A stretch of 64,000 nt of DNA from Ignavibacteriota bacterium (GTDB taxonomy: Bacteria; Bacteroidota; Ignavibacteria; UBA10030; UBA6906), in NCBI GenBank assembly GCA_963843525.1, contig CAWJKM010000003.1, positions 477,033-541,032 of the forward strand. Direction: 5' to 3'. Positions 1-11,256 of this stretch are shown here, one piece after another. The notes under the pieces are model-generated. The model worked only from the letters and a program-made list of their open reading frames with translations. It made no database searches and was not told where the DNA came from. Position 1 is the first letter of the stretch. Each line of letters starts with the position of its first letter. The translations under genes were made by a program, and so were the position numbers.

Positions 1-666
1 AGGGGTGGGATGGATCCCGGAAAGGTCTATATCGTCAGGAGCGGCCCCAATGTATCGAAATTCCGTCCTGTGGCTCCGTGCGCTGAGCTCAAACGGGGTT
101 TCAGCTACCTCGTCGGGTATGTCGGGGTGATGGGGAAACAGGAGGGACTTGACTACCTGCTGCGGACTGTTCACACAATCGTGCAGGAGCGGGGAAGGAA
201 AGATGTTCTGTTTGTCCTGATTGGCAGCGGGACGGAATTCAGTTCCCTTCAGACCTACGCAAAGGATCTTGGCGTTGCAGACTATGTGCAATTCACCGGT
301 CGAATCTCGGACGCGGAACTGCTCTCCTATCTTTCGACTGCGGAGGTGTGTGTGAACCCCGATGTCGCGACAGAGATGAACGATAAGTCCACCATGAACA
401 AGATCATGGAATACATGGCGCTGGGAAAACCGATTGTGCAGTTTGATCTGACGGAAGGCCGGCGCTCGGCCGATGAGGCTTCGCTCTACGCCGATCGGAA
501 TGATCCTGTGGATTTTGCAGAAAAAATCCTCGAGCTTCTCGCCGATCCGACACGTCGCGCGCACATGGGCCAAATAGGAAAAGAGCGCGTGGAAAACGAG
601 CTGGCCTGGGAATACTCAGCCAAAGTCCTTCTGCAGTCGTACGAGAATTTATTCGCAAACTTTTAG
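1..666 (+). CDS. Glycosyltransferase family 4 (GT1-fold), C-terminal part; 5' end lies outside the window
   Basis: Open frame runs to base 1 with no stop. Translation shows a GT4 C-terminal Rossmann domain (…VLFVLIGSGTE…, …MEYMALGKPIV…). Called a GT4 fragment from motif recognition only. Confidence 0.7.
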   Translation, partial: RGGMDPGKVYIVRSGPNVSKFRPVAPCAELKRGFSYLVGYVGVMGKQEGLDYLLRTVHTIVQERGRKDVLFVLIGSGTEFSSLQTYAKDLGVADYVQFTGRISDAELLSYLSTAEVCVNPDVATEMNDKSTMNKIMEYMALGKPIVQFDLTEGRRSADEASLYADRNDPVDFAEKILELLADPTRRAHMGQIGKERVENELAWEYSAKVLLQSYENLFANF

Positions 667-1159
667 CGAAGTAACTCTCCCCCCCTTACGCTTCTGCACC
701 GGCGGCCTCTGTGACCCAAGTCACTACATTGCGATTCCCTGCGGAACGACGGAACTCGGCAGTGGAGGAATTGGTTTTTCGAGTGAACTAATTGTGCAAG
801 GACGGGGCCGAGGATAAGAAAATTGAAGAAACGTTTGTGACGTACGACACCGTTTTTCCCGGGCTGATGCGTATATTATGTGAGCGTCTAGTGAAAGCCT
901 TCCCCGGGACAGGGCACTCCACCTCCGTCCATTTCAAAGTCCCGGAGGCTTCGACCGCACAGGGGTTCTTCTGCGGGCCTGGATTCGATCGAAAGAAGAA
1001 ATTCAATATCCCGGCTGTTCAGCCGGCACTGCAATCAAAGACTGAAGTTGTTTCTATTTTCGATTAGTGGTATCTTGGGGCGATTCCGAACCTTCTTTCT
1101 CGGATCGGTCGTCCGGCGGTGTTCATGAAGTTCTTTGCGATGCCTGGGGGTACGCAGAC

Positions 1160-2623
1160 ATGAGATCTCTCAAGAAATATCCACCGTACGCATCTATTCT
1201 GCCTGTCCTTGACGGACTCACGATCATGGCATGTTTGATATTTGCCATCATCCTGAGAGGTCGATCCTTCGCGGGCGAATTCACCTTTATTGGCGAGCCT
1301 CTCGACGGCGAGAAAATATTCCTGTTCTTCTTCGCCGCGTGCAGCACCTTCATTTTCCATTATTTTAATCTCTACAAGATCAACGTTATTGTGAGCGTTG
1401 CCGATCAAACCATCCGGATCGTCAAAGCATTGTCCTTTGTTGTTCTCGCCATTGCGATCCTCTCGTTTTTCACGCGCGCATCGTTCATTGTTGATAGTCG
1501 TCTCGCAATCCTGTATTTCACTGCATCGTCGTTTTCGATGATGCTTGTCGGCCGCGTCGTGATCTTCCGCACGGTTCTGCTTTTCCTCACTCGAACGCGC
1601 CTGTTCAAGCGGTCCGTGCTGGTCGTAGGCGCCGGGACGAGCGGCAGGAACCTGGTTGCCAATATCGACGTCCACGACTACCTCGGCCTCTCCGTGGTCG
1701 GCTTTCTGGATGATCAACTTTCGCCGGGAACGGTCGTCTATGATGGCGCGAAAGTCATCGGGTCCGTGTCAGAGCTGCGACAGATCGTCGAGATCTTTGA
1801 TGTCGATGAGATCCTGATCTGCCTGGAAAACGTCTCACAGGCGAGACTGTTCGAAGTGATGGAGGAGAGCATTAAGACCGAACGCAGTGTGAAGATCTCC
1901 TCTCCGCTCTACGATGTCGTCCCTTCGCGGCTGGACATGGAGAAGTACGGCGAAGTGGCTGTCGTCGCAGTGTCGCGGTTCGGGCCCAGTCCGGTATTCA
2001 TTGCCTACAAGAGAATTTTTGATGCGGTGTTTGCGGTGTTCGGCCTTCTCCTTCTTCTCCCCGTTTTTGCGGCGATCGCTCTTGCGGTCAAAATCACCTC
2101 GCGGGGACCGGTGTTTTTCAGACAGGTGAGAATCGGCAAGGACGGAACTCCCTTCGACTTCTACAAATTCCGTTCCATGACGGTAGGAAGTGATTCCGAC
2201 CCCAACCGGGAGAAGAAGTATGCGGAGCTGATCAGGGGCGAGTACAAAGCGAAGGATGATTCCAGCGCGCCTCTGAAAATTATTGACGATTCCCGGGTGA
2301 CGAAAGTCGGACGATTTCTCCGCCTTACGAGTCTCGATGAGCTTCCGCAGTTGTTCAACGTGCTGAAAGGCGATATGAGTCTTGTGGGCCCCAGGCCCTG
2401 CCTGCCGTACGAATGGAAGCACTACGAAGATTGGCACAAAAAACGCCTGAGCGTGACCCCGGGTTGCACCGGCATGTGGCAGGTTGTCGGCCGGAGCAAA
2501 GTGAGCTTCCAGGATATGGTCATCCTCGATCTCTTCTACAGCCAAAGCGTGTCGTTCCATCTGGACCTCTGGCTACTTCTCAAAACCATCCCTGTCATGG
2601 TGTTTGGAAGGGGTGCGCGGTAG
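1160..2623 (+). CDS. Undecaprenyl-phosphate sugar phosphotransferase (WbaP/EpsB-like initiating phosphoglycosyltransferase)
   Basis: N-terminal TM helices, a central CoA-binding-like region and the C-terminal bacterial sugar transferase signature (…[21 protein letters not shown]…, …[14 protein letters not shown]…). Start ambiguous: the ORF opens at 1067, and the ATG at 1160 is followed immediately by a TM segment. Confidence 0.85.
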   Translation: MRSLKKYPPYASILPVLDGLTIMACLIFAIILRGRSFAGEFTFIGEPLDGEKIFLFFFAACSTFIFHYFNLYKINVIVSVADQTIRIVKALSFVVLAIAILSFFTRASFIVDSRLAILYFTASSFSMMLVGRVVIFRTVLLFLTRTRLFKRSVLVVGAGTSGRNLVANIDVHDYLGLSVVGFLDDQLSPGTVVYDGAKVIGSVSELRQIVEIFDVDEILICLENVSQARLFEVMEESIKTERSVKISSPLYDVVPSRLDMEKYGEVAVVAVSRFGPSPVFIAYKRIFDAVFAVFGLLLLLPVFAAIALAVKITSRGPVFFRQVRIGKDGTPFDFYKFRSMTVGSDSDPNREKKYAELIRGEYKAKDDSSAPLKIIDDSRVTKVGRFLRLTSLDELPQLFNVLKGDMSLVGPRPCLPYEWKHYEDWHKKRLSVTPGCTGMWQVVGRSKVSFQDMVILDLFYSQSVSFHLDLWLLLKTIPVMVFGRGAR

Positions 2624-2736
2624 ACATTGTGCCATTACTTCGGACTACCCTCACGCACTGAGCCGCATGCCGTCATACGGTATCGGCATGCCATGTTCCC
2701 GCAATTCCATCCAGGGCAACAACAGGAATCCACCTC

Positions 2737-3510
2737 ATGAAAGTAGCGATCCTCGCTGGCGGTGTTGGCACGCGTCTGGTCGAAGAGACCGAAGTGAAGC
2801 CGAAACCCATGGTAGAAATCGGTGGTCGACCGATTCTCTGGCACATCATGCGCCACTATGCACACTACGACTTCAAGAATTTTATCATTGCGCTCGGCTA
2901 TAAAGGCGAGGTCATCAAGAAATACATGGTGGACTATGCGAACCTGAACAGCAACCTCACTGTCAACATCGGCTCGGGAAAGGTCACTTCCCATGGCGGG
3001 TTTCGACCGGACTGGACTGTGGAACTGATTGATACGGGGACCACCACCCTGACCGGGGGGAGGATCAAACGCCTCGCCCCGTACATCGGGAAGGAGACGT
3101 TCATGCTCACGTGGGGAGACGGGGTGTCCGACGTGAATCTGAATGACTTGCTCGCCTTTCACCGACGTCACGGGAAAATCGCAACCCTCACGGCTGTGAG
3201 ACCCTCTGCCCGATTTGGGCATCTGGTGTTCGAAGGCGATCAAGTCTCGCAATTTTCGGAGAAGCCGCAGACCATGGAGGGATGGATCAACGGGGCGTTC
3301 TTTGTGCTGGAACCGAAGGTGTTCGATTACATCGACGGCGACCAGACACAATGGGAGCGTGAACCCATGGAGCGACTGGCGGCCGACGGACAGCTGATGG
3401 CGTACCGTCATACATCGTTCTGGCAGTGCATGGATACATTACGCGACAAACACCTGCTGGAAGAGCTCTGGCAGGGGGGGAAAGCACCCTGGAAAATCTG
3501 GGAGGATTGA
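2737..3510 (+). CDS. rfbF: Glucose-1-phosphate cytidylyltransferase
   Basis: MKVAILAGGVGTRL…KPKPMVEIGGRPILWHIM… is the classic RfbF/DdhA N-terminus, and the protein is about 257 aa. An AGGAA-like RBS lies upstream. Confidence 0.9.
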   Translation: MKVAILAGGVGTRLVEETEVKPKPMVEIGGRPILWHIMRHYAHYDFKNFIIALGYKGEVIKKYMVDYANLNSNLTVNIGSGKVTSHGGFRPDWTVELIDTGTTTLTGGRIKRLAPYIGKETFMLTWGDGVSDVNLNDLLAFHRRHGKIATLTAVRPSARFGHLVFEGDQVSQFSEKPQTMEGWINGAFFVLEPKVFDYIDGDQTQWEREPMERLAADGQLMAYRHTSFWQCMDTLRDKHLLEELWQGGKAPWKIWED

Positions 3511-3511
3511 T

Positions 3512-4570
3512 ATGCGCGTTCTCGTCACGGGACATAGTGGATATATCGGGACGGTCATGGTCCCGATGCTTCTGGCTGAGGGACACGAGGTTGCCGGATA
3601 CGACAGCGATCTTTTCGAGAATTCGACGTTCGGTAATGGCATCGTACAGGTCCCGTCTGCGAGGAAAGATATCCGCGACGCAACGCTCGACGATGTAAAA
3701 GGCTTCGATGCGATTATCCATCTTGCCGGTCTCTCCAATGATCCCCTGGGTGACCTGAATCCAAATTTGACCTACGAGATCAACCACCTTGCGTCCGTTC
3801 GTCTCGCCACTCTTGCGAAGGAGGCCGGGGTGGCCAGATTCATCTTCTCTTCGTCCTGCAGCAATTACGGCGCAGGAGGAGAAGATCTCCTGAATGAAAA
3901 CTCCGCGTTCAACCCCGTGACCCCCTACGGCATCTCCAAGGTCAGAGTCGAACAGGACGTGGCGAAACTGGCTTCGCGGGAGTTCAGTCCGACGTTTCTG
4001 CGGAACGCCACCGCCTTCGGTGTTTCTCCGCGCCTGAGGTTCGATCTGGTGCTCAACAATCTGGTTGCCTGGGCTTTCACGACGGGAAAAGTCTTCATCA
4101 AAAGCGATGGAACACCGTGGCGGCCGATCGTCCACATCGCGGATATTTCCAGGGCCTTCATCGCTGTTCTCACGGCACCGCGGGACGTGGTGCATAACGC
4201 CGCCTTCAACGTTGCAAGGAACGAGGACAACTATCGCATCCGCGAGCTGGCCGACATTGTGAAAGAGACGGTCCCCAACTGTACGATCGAATACGCCAAA
4301 GACGCTGGTCCGGACAAACGATGCTATCGTGTGGATAGCAGCAAGATACTTCGCACTCTCCCGTCGTTCAAGCCTGTCTGGAACGCCCGCAAAGGCGCCC
4401 AGGAACTGCATGAAGCGTACAAGCGCATCGGGCTCAAACTGGAGGACTTTGAGGGGCCAAAGTACAAGAGGATTGACCATATCAAACAACTTCTGAGCTC
4501 CGGCCGGTTGAATGCAGATCTACGGTGGGCCGGGAGAGCCGCGGAAGCTACGACACAACAACGAGGCTGA
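3512..4570 (+). CDS. NAD-dependent epimerase/dehydratase family SDR (nucleotide-sugar modifying; exact reaction unresolved)
   Basis: Has the Rossmann motif [11 protein letters not shown] and a YxxxK motif (PYGISK). A GGAGGA RBS sits 6 nt upstream. It lacks the TDE triad of true 4,6-dehydratases, so it is not called ddhB. Confidence 0.75.
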   Translation: MRVLVTGHSGYIGTVMVPMLLAEGHEVAGYDSDLFENSTFGNGIVQVPSARKDIRDATLDDVKGFDAIIHLAGLSNDPLGDLNPNLTYEINHLASVRLATLAKEAGVARFIFSSSCSNYGAGGEDLLNENSAFNPVTPYGISKVRVEQDVAKLASREFSPTFLRNATAFGVSPRLRFDLVLNNLVAWAFTTGKVFIKSDGTPWRPIVHIADISRAFIAVLTAPRDVVHNAAFNVARNEDNYRIRELADIVKETVPNCTIEYAKDAGPDKRCYRVDSSKILRTLPSFKPVWNARKGAQELHEAYKRIGLKLEDFEGPKYKRIDHIKQLLSSGRLNADLRWAGRAAEATTQQRG

Positions 4571-4583
4571 GCAAGGAAGATCT

Positions 4584-5822
4584 ATGAGCCAGACACCACT
4601 GCCTCCCTGCCGTTCGTGCGGGAGTACAAATCTGCAACTGATTATCTCCTTCGGGAAAACACCGCTGGCGGATGCGCTTGTATGGGAGAAAGACCTCAGT
4701 AAACCGGAGATATTTGCCCAGCTCGACCTGGCGTTCTGTCCCGATTGCGCACTGGTGCAGATCACCGAATCTGTCGATCCCGAAATCCTCTTCTGCCGCG
4801 ACTATCCGTATTTCTCCTCGGTCTCCACTTCACTGCTCCGCCACTTCCGCGACAGTGCTCTGGATATCATCGAGCGGCGCCGGCTCAACTCTTCCAGCCT
4901 CGTGATCGAAGCGGCGAGTAACGACGGATACATGCTCAAGAATTTTGCGGAACGCGGGATCCCGGTGCTCGGTATTGACCCCGCCGATGGGCCCGCGAAA
5001 CTGGCGGTGGAAGCAGGGATCCCAACCCTCAACACCTTTTTCACCGAACAGCTTGCGAAGGACTTGAAACAAAAAGAAGGAAAGGCGGCAGATGTCTTCC
5101 TGGCAAACAACGTCCTCGCCCATGTTCCCGACTTGAACGGGTTCGTGAAAGGCATACGGGAACTGCTGAAGCCAACCGGGGTGGCGGTGATTGAGGCCCC
5201 GTACCTTGTGGACTTGATCAACCACTGCGAATTTGACACGATCTACCATCAACATCTCTGTTACTTCTCCGTAACGGCTCTTGACCGTTTGTTCCGACGC
5301 CATGGTCTGTTTTTGAATGATATCAAACAGACGGGTATCCATGGCGGCTCTCTCCGCTTGTTTGTTGAGCCAGTGGAAAACGTTGGCACAACCGTCAAGA
5401 ACCTGCTCAAGGAGGAAAGTACACTCGGAGTGGATACCCTGACCTATTACAAGGGGTTTGCGCACCGGGTGCAGGAAATCAAAAATGCGCTTCAAAAGAT
5501 GTTGCGAGAGCTGAAGTCGCAGGGAAAGAGCATTGTGGGGTACGGTGCTGCTGCAAAGGCAGCAACGATGCTGGCGTTTGTCGGCATCGACCGGACGCTT
5601 CTGGACTACGTCGCAGATCTCAACAAGTTTAAGCATGGCCGGTACATGGGGGGCAATCACCTCCTCATTGTCCCTCCGTCCCGCATAGGAGAAGACAAAC
5701 CCGACTATGTCTTGATACTGGCCTGGAATTTCGCCGACGAAATTATGAAGCAACTTCAGGTCTATCGAAATGCAGGGGGGAAATTCATCATACCGATCCC
5801 CGATCCTGTCATCCGGGAATAA
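4584..5822 (+). CDS. Class I SAM-dependent sugar C-methyltransferase-like protein with N-terminal zinc ribbon (TylCIII/TcaB9-like architecture)
   Basis: N-terminal CxxC…CxxC ribbon (CRSCGS…CPDCAL), a central SAM-binding region (…[13 protein letters not shown]…) and a C-methyltransferase-like C-terminal domain. Start chosen at the ATG at 4584 with an AAGGAAG RBS; the ORF track opens at 4512. Confidence 0.7.
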   Translation: MSQTPLPPCRSCGSTNLQLIISFGKTPLADALVWEKDLSKPEIFAQLDLAFCPDCALVQITESVDPEILFCRDYPYFSSVSTSLLRHFRDSALDIIERRRLNSSSLVIEAASNDGYMLKNFAERGIPVLGIDPADGPAKLAVEAGIPTLNTFFTEQLAKDLKQKEGKAADVFLANNVLAHVPDLNGFVKGIRELLKPTGVAVIEAPYLVDLINHCEFDTIYHQHLCYFSVTALDRLFRRHGLFLNDIKQTGIHGGSLRLFVEPVENVGTTVKNLLKEESTLGVDTLTYYKGFAHRVQEIKNALQKMLRELKSQGKSIVGYGAAAKAATMLAFVGIDRTLLDYVADLNKFKHGRYMGGNHLLIVPPSRIGEDKPDYVLILAWNFADEIMKQLQVYRNAGGKFIIPIPDPVIRE

Positions 5823-6534
5823 GTCTGTGGCTCTGCTGTGGCGAGCCAAAGTGAGAGAGCACCAAAAGCGACCTTACGCAGCGAGCGGTAGGAGGAAAAG
5901 GCAGCCCATCCGTCCCCTTGGCGATCGGGAACATGTTGACTGGCATTGATGTCAGCTGATATGGCACGATAGCAGGAATTCAGATCCAGAAAGCTCCGTA
6001 CTGTCGCTGACAGACGGAGTTTTCTTTTCTAACCACCCCTTTGCCTCAGGACGGGGAAGCATGGCCCCAAGAAAAACTCTGGTATCGGACTTCGCCTGTG
6101 ACGATGATCACACAACGTTTCTTTTCGGAACACGAATGGCTATATTGGAAGTCAATCGCTCAGAAGCGCCGTCCTTTTGTGGAAAACCGTGTGTCCCTGG
6201 ATCGGCGTTTTTGTGATTTCGGGCACAGCGAGACTGGGCCGTTTTGCGCTCTATGGTACGGGTTGAAGAAATCGAACGCTGACTTAGAGGAGCAGAAACC
6301 GCAGTTCAGACATCGTGGCGTGAACCGGCGAGGCTGTCCGTCATGCCGCATTGTCGGGGGGGGGAGCACCCGTTATCGCCAATGCGGGCCCTCTTCGGGC
6401 TGGAGGGGGGCGCAAACCGAGTCCTGCAGCCTTCCTGCGTTCACCCGGCCGTTCGTCGGGTCGACGGAAAATTACTGAAGCTCTCTGTACCATGACAAAC
6501 GGATCGCGGTAGGACTGCAGGTGCCAAACCTTGT

Positions 6535-7449
6535 ATGAACCCACTTCCTGTTGTATCGATTGGTGTACCGCTGTACAATGCGGAAAATTTCGTCGAACAG
6601 GCGCTTGATTCCCTGATCGGTCAGACCTGGACCGACCTCGAAATCATTATTTCTGACAACGCTTCGACCGACCGAACGGAAGAAATCTGTCGCCGATATG
6701 CTGCCTCGGATCAAAGGATCCGGTATTATCGAAATGACGTCAACGTGGGGGCAGGCAGGAACTACAACCGCGTATTTGAACTCTCGCGTGGGAAGTTTTT
6801 TAAATGGGCTGCCCATGACGACGTTTGTGCCCCTGAATTCGTTGAACGCTGCCTCAAGGTTCTTGAGGAACGCCCGGATGTGGTGCTCGCCTTCCCTCGC
6901 ATGGTGGATATCGATGAAAAGGGGACGCCCATTGAGGGCAAACCGATCAGTGATATGCCGCGGGGAGAGCGGGGTTCCTCTCCGGTTGCCCACACAAGGT
7001 TTCGGTATCTCGTACGACTCGGGTATACCTGCGAAGAAGTCTTCGGCGTCATCCGGAGCGATGTGCTGAGAAAAACACGACTGATTCAGAGTTACACCGA
7101 CTCTGATCGAACGCTCCTTGCCGAACTCTCTCTCCATGGCCGACTGGAAGAGATTCCGGAACAGTTGTTCTACCACCGGGTCCACAAAGGAATGTCGACT
7201 CAGGCGTTTACCGATTGGCAGAGCAGAACGGCGTGGTTTGATCCGACAAAAGCAGGGAAAGTCGTTTTCCCTCTTTGGCGACAGTACAGGGAGTATCTTG
7301 CTGCCATTGTGCGTTCACCCGCGGCGCTCAAGGACAAATTGTATTGTTTTTTGTATATGGCAAATTGGCTGCGGAGACATAATGGGCACCTCCGCATCGA
7401 GATACAAAAGGGTTTCCAGCTTATGATGCATCGCGGAGCACTTTCGTAA
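6535..7449 (+). CDS. Glycosyltransferase family 2
   Basis: GT2 N-terminal motifs VSIGVPLYNAENFVEQALDSL…IIISDNASTD…, and a DxD-like HDD. Confidence 0.8.
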   Translation: MNPLPVVSIGVPLYNAENFVEQALDSLIGQTWTDLEIIISDNASTDRTEEICRRYAASDQRIRYYRNDVNVGAGRNYNRVFELSRGKFFKWAAHDDVCAPEFVERCLKVLEERPDVVLAFPRMVDIDEKGTPIEGKPISDMPRGERGSSPVAHTRFRYLVRLGYTCEEVFGVIRSDVLRKTRLIQSYTDSDRTLLAELSLHGRLEEIPEQLFYHRVHKGMSTQAFTDWQSRTAWFDPTKAGKVVFPLWRQYREYLAAIVRSPAALKDKLYCFLYMANWLRRHNGHLRIEIQKGFQLMMHRGALS

Positions 7450-7471
7450 TATCTTTCTCCGGCATTACACC

Positions 7472-8389
7472 ATGATTCCCATCAGCGCAGTTATTCCGAC
7501 GTATAACAGGGGGCCACTGCTCGCCCGGGCGATTGAAAGTGTCCTCTCGCAAACCTATGCTGCGCGAGAAGTGATTGTGATTGATGACGGCTCGAAAGAC
7601 GACTCGGCTGCCCAGGTGGCAAAATTCGGTTCGCGGGTACGATATATCCGGCAGGAAAACGCCGGTGCCTCCGAAGCGCGAAATCACGGTGTACAATCGG
7701 CTACGACTGAGTGGATCGCGTTCCTGGACTCCGACGATATCTGGGTGAATACTCACCTCGAACGCATGGCTGCTGCGATTACCGCGACAGCGGGCCGGGC
7801 ACCGGTGTACTTCTCAGATATGGAACAGACAACAGAGGATGGCGGGGGAAGCCTTTGGGATTCGATCGGTTTTCACATTCATCCGCCCCACGAGCTGGTC
7901 GACGATGCCTCTGCCTGGGTGATGATGGATCGTCAGCCGACGATGCTCCAGTGCAGCGTGTTCCGGAAATCCCGTTACCTTGAAACCGGCGGGCTTTGGA
8001 AACAACTCTGGCTTACTCATGATACACATCTGTTTCTGAAACTCTGCCTCGGGGGACCGGCGTGTGCCGTGGCTGGCTTTGGAACCATCCAGACTTCCGA
8101 CGATGCAGCCCAGGGCACGCGGTTGACGCAAACTCATGGAAGTAAGACAAGAGCATACTGGGTGGAGTCTTCGATCCTCTGGGACGACGTGATGAATCAT
8201 GCGGCGAGTAATGCGCCTGACTGGACAGCGATTGCACGTTATCGATCCTCGAACGCACGATGGCGTATTGCAAGGCATGACCTCGCGCACGGGAAGGTGT
8301 TTGCTGGCATATGGTCGGCAGTCAAGGCTGTCACCATCCAACCATCGTTGCCCGTGGTTCTTGCCCGCAGAGCCTGGTCTCGTCAATGA
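7472..8389 (+). CDS. Glycosyltransferase family 2
   Basis: ISAVIPTYNRGPLLARAIESVLSQTY…VIVIDDGSKDDS… and a DSDD motif. Confidence 0.8.
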   Translation: MIPISAVIPTYNRGPLLARAIESVLSQTYAAREVIVIDDGSKDDSAAQVAKFGSRVRYIRQENAGASEARNHGVQSATTEWIAFLDSDDIWVNTHLERMAAAITATAGRAPVYFSDMEQTTEDGGGSLWDSIGFHIHPPHELVDDASAWVMMDRQPTMLQCSVFRKSRYLETGGLWKQLWLTHDTHLFLKLCLGGPACAVAGFGTIQTSDDAAQGTRLTQTHGSKTRAYWVESSILWDDVMNHAASNAPDWTAIARYRSSNARWRIARHDLAHGKVFAGIWSAVKAVTIQPSLPVVLARRAWSRQ

Positions 8390-8534
8390 TCGGTCTTCCC
8401 GAGTTACGCTGAACCCAACAGGGAATTGTCTTACAACGGCTGCGACCTGCGCCGACACGATTTTCTCCACACCAAGACAGACGGAGTATTTTATCAGCGA
8501 TCTGAAGACACGGACGTTTAAGGGGAGTATCGTC

Positions 8535-9974
8535 ATGGGGGGAGCGACCATCGCGCTCCGGGTCCTCTCGATCGTCTCCGGTGTCATCCTGGCAAGATTG
8601 CTCAATCCCCAGGATTTTGGCATTGTTGCGTTAGCCGGAGTGGTTTTGTCGACGACCAGCCTGTTTTCCGGCTTGGGTATGAATATGGCTGTGGTTCAGA
8701 GCCGGCTGGAGCGAGGGAGTGTTGCCTTTCATGGGTTTGTTATCAGTTCGATTTCAGGGATTGTTCTTTTTCTTCTGGTTCTCGCAGGAGCGGACTTTTT
8801 CGCGCACTTTCTCGGGAGCCCATCGGTAGTGCCGGTTCTCCGGTGGATGTCGTTGCTCGTCCTGCTCGGGTCCATGGCTACGGTGCCGGAAGGTCTTCTG
8901 CAAAAGGATATGTTGTTTGGCCGGCAGAGCATTGCTGTGGTCGCCTCGGATATTGTCAATATCGGACTTTCCGTGGGGCTTGCTGTCGCCGGGTTTGGAC
9001 TTTGGAGCCTGGTCTTCGGCCCGCTTGCCAAAGGGGTCGTCTACGTCGCGCTTGTATGGATTCTTGCACCTGGTTGGGATTGGCTGCGACCCAGGCCGTG
9101 GGATAGGAAACTGACGAAAAGCATGCTCTCCTTTGGCTCACAGACCACCGGGGGCGGACTCGTTTCGTTCTTCTATTCGATAATCGACAACCTCCTTGTC
9201 GGGAGAATCCTGGGGACCGTGGCCCTCGGGTTATATGCCAAAGCGTACGATTTCAGTCTTCGGACGGTCGACGGCATTATCAACTTCATCGGGGTCGTCT
9301 TGTTCCCATCGTATGCACAAATTCAGGAAGATAAAGATCGACTGGCCCGGGCCTATTTGAAGAGCCTTCGTTTTCTCTCGTTCTTCACGGTTCCCATTGC
9401 CCTCGGGATGTTTGCGACAGCTCCCGAGATGATCGCAAAGCTCCTCGGTGAAAAATGGATCCCGATGATTGTCCCGTTTCAAGTGCTGACATTCGTCGGC
9501 GTGGTGAAACCGCTGTCAGGAACGACCGGGGCACTCTTTGCCTCCACCGGTCATCCGTCGTTTAACCTCCGCGCCGGTATTATCATTACGTTGGTCCTGG
9601 TCCCGCTTATCCTTCTGTTTCTTCACCTGGGTTTCGGGATCGTCGGAGTTGCCGCGGCCGTCGTCATCTCCCATGTCGTTGGTTTCGGTGTGAACATGGT
9701 TCAACTTCGATATCTGTTGCCGGGGAAGTCGAAGGACATGGTCGTCGCGCTTATCCCGGCCCTGCTCTGCGGTGGTGCGATGGTTGCGGCGGTATTTCTG
9801 GTCAAGCAGCCGCTCCTGGCCTGGGCCGGCGGGCGGCCAACGATCGGCACTCTGGTCTCCATGGTCGCGGTCGGAGCTGTTGTCTATGGTTCGCTCCTCT
9901 TGTTGATCCAGCGGCCACTTGTTACCGAGGTCGCTGGCATCGCATTCAAAAGGTTCCGGTCGCAGGAAGTATGA
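8535..9974 (+). CDS. Wzx-type oligosaccharide flippase (polysaccharide biosynthesis protein, MOP superfamily)
   Basis: Polytopic membrane protein with the typical N-terminus …ALRVLSIVSGVILARLLNPQDFGIVAL…. Internal ATG at 8535 is chosen because it has an AAGGGGAG RBS; the ORF track's 8199 start overlaps the upstream GT2. Confidence 0.75.
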   Translation: MGGATIALRVLSIVSGVILARLLNPQDFGIVALAGVVLSTTSLFSGLGMNMAVVQSRLERGSVAFHGFVISSISGIVLFLLVLAGADFFAHFLGSPSVVPVLRWMSLLVLLGSMATVPEGLLQKDMLFGRQSIAVVASDIVNIGLSVGLAVAGFGLWSLVFGPLAKGVVYVALVWILAPGWDWLRPRPWDRKLTKSMLSFGSQTTGGGLVSFFYSIIDNLLVGRILGTVALGLYAKAYDFSLRTVDGIINFIGVVLFPSYAQIQEDKDRLARAYLKSLRFLSFFTVPIALGMFATAPEMIAKLLGEKWIPMIVPFQVLTFVGVVKPLSGTTGALFASTGHPSFNLRAGIIITLVLVPLILLFLHLGFGIVGVAAAVVISHVVGFGVNMVQLRYLLPGKSKDMVVALIPALLCGGAMVAAVFLVKQPLLAWAGGRPTIGTLVSMVAVGAVVYGSLLLLIQRPLVTEVAGIAFKRFRSQEV

Positions 9975-10035
9975 GTTCAATCCAATCGATGCACAGGCGT
10001 TCTTAGCAAAACGAACTTATTGAGAGGAGTTCACC

Positions 10036-11256
10036 GTGGAACAGAAGCGCCAAGACAGTTGTCCGGCCTGTGGCCATGCGGCAATGCAGATTTTCTATGA
10101 TATCAATCAGGTGCCGGTCCACAGCGTATTGCTCATGGAGACCAGGGAACAGGCGCTCACGTATCCGAAGAGGGATATCAAGCTCGGGTTCTGTCCTTCG
10201 TGCGGGTTCATCTCGAACGTTGTGTTCGACCCTACTGTCCATGAGTATTCCTCGAAGTACGAAGAAACACAGGGCTTCTCCACCACCTTCCAGGATTTTC
10301 ACCACGGACTTGCGCAACGGCTGGTAGATCGCTATGACCTGCACGGAAAAGCCCTGATCGAAATAGGGTGCGGCAAAGGCGAGTTTCTCACGATGCTCTG
10401 TGAAATGGGGAACAATACGGGCGTGGGATTCGATCCGGCATATGTGAGTGAGCGGAATACCAGCCCGGCGCGAGACCGTATCAAGTTCATTAAAGATCTG
10501 TATTCGGAAAAATATACTTCGTATCACGGCGATTTCCTCTGCTGCAAGATGACGCTTGAACATATCCACCAGGTAGCGGACTTCATGAGCACCGTGCGCC
10601 GGTCAATCGGGGATCGTCGTGAAACTGTGGTGTTTTTCCAGATCCCGGAGATGAGCCGGATCCTCCATGAATGCGCGTTCTGGGATATTTATTACGAGCA
10701 CTGCTCCTATTTCACGCAAGGGTCGTTGGCCAGGCTCTTCAGGAAGACGGGATTTGATGTCGTGGATCTCGGAACCGAATACGACGGTCAATACCTGACC
10801 ATCGAAGCGAGACCGGGTACCGGTCATGGCACACCGTTGCTCCCCAAGGAAAATGATCTCAGCGCGACAGCGGAATCGGTGCGCGAATTCACCGCGTCCA
10901 TCAAGCGGACCCTTGACGGCTGGCAGGACCGGTTGCGCGAATACAAACGAGAAAACAAACGCGTCGTCATCTGGGGCGGTGGCTCAAAGGGCGTCGCTTT
11001 CCTGACGAAGTTGGATATCCGGGACCAGATCCAGTATGCCGTCGATGTCAATCCTTACAAGAAGGGGACGTTTATGGCGGGAACAGGGCAGGAGATTGTC
11101 CTTCCTGACTTTTTGACTACCTATCGGCCGGATGTGGTGATCGTCATGAATCCCATCTATGTGACGGAAATCGGGCAGGATCTCCTCAAACTGGGGCTTT
11201 CTCCAACGGTGATTCCGATTGTCGAAGATGGGCAAGTTCATGGAGGGAAAACGTGA
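10036..11256 (+). CDS. Zinc-ribbon SAM-dependent C-methyltransferase-like protein (paralog 2)
   Basis: CPACGH…CPSCGF ribbon, methyltransferase core (…LIEIGCGKGEF…) and C-methyltransferase-like C-terminal domain. Same architecture as the 4584 gene. GTG start preceded by a GAGGAG RBS. Confidence 0.7.
   Translation: MEQKRQDSCPACGHAAMQIFYDINQVPVHSVLLMETREQALTYPKRDIKLGFCPSCGFISNVVFDPTVHEYSSKYEETQGFSTTFQDFHHGLAQRLVDRYDLHGKALIEIGCGKGEFLTMLCEMGNNTGVGFDPAYVSERNTSPARDRIKFIKDLYSEKYTSYHGDFLCCKMTLEHIHQVADFMSTVRRSIGDRRETVVFFQIPEMSRILHECAFWDIYYEHCSYFTQGSLARLFRKTGFDVVDLGTEYDGQYLTIEARPGTGHGTPLLPKENDLSATAESVREFTASIKRTLDGWQDRLREYKRENKRVVIWGGGSKGVAFLTKLDIRDQIQYAVDVNPYKKGTFMAGTGQEIVLPDFLTTYRPDVVIVMNPIYVTEIGQDLLKLGLSPTVIPIVEDGQVHGGKT

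Noticed and set aside
1064-1717. 217-aa minus-strand ORF
   Set aside because: Antisense to the N-terminal membrane domain of the WbaP-like PGT.
3287-4489. 400-aa minus-strand ORF
   Set aside because: Antisense to the SDR epimerase gene with strong Rossmann and YxxxK motifs. Pro/Arg-rich low-complexity translation typical of spurious high-GC ORFs.
4830-5849. 339-aa minus-strand ORF
   Set aside because: Antisense to the first C-methyltransferase-like gene; no motifs.
6041-6478. 145-aa plus-strand ORF in the 5.8-6.5 kb gap
   Set aside because: No RBS and no recognisable motif. Cys/Arg/Gly-rich composition looks non-protein-like. Kept only as part of the gap observation.
6472-7185. 237-aa minus-strand ORF
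   Set aside because: Overlaps the plus-strand GT2 gene carrying canonical GT2 motifs; no homology features of its own.
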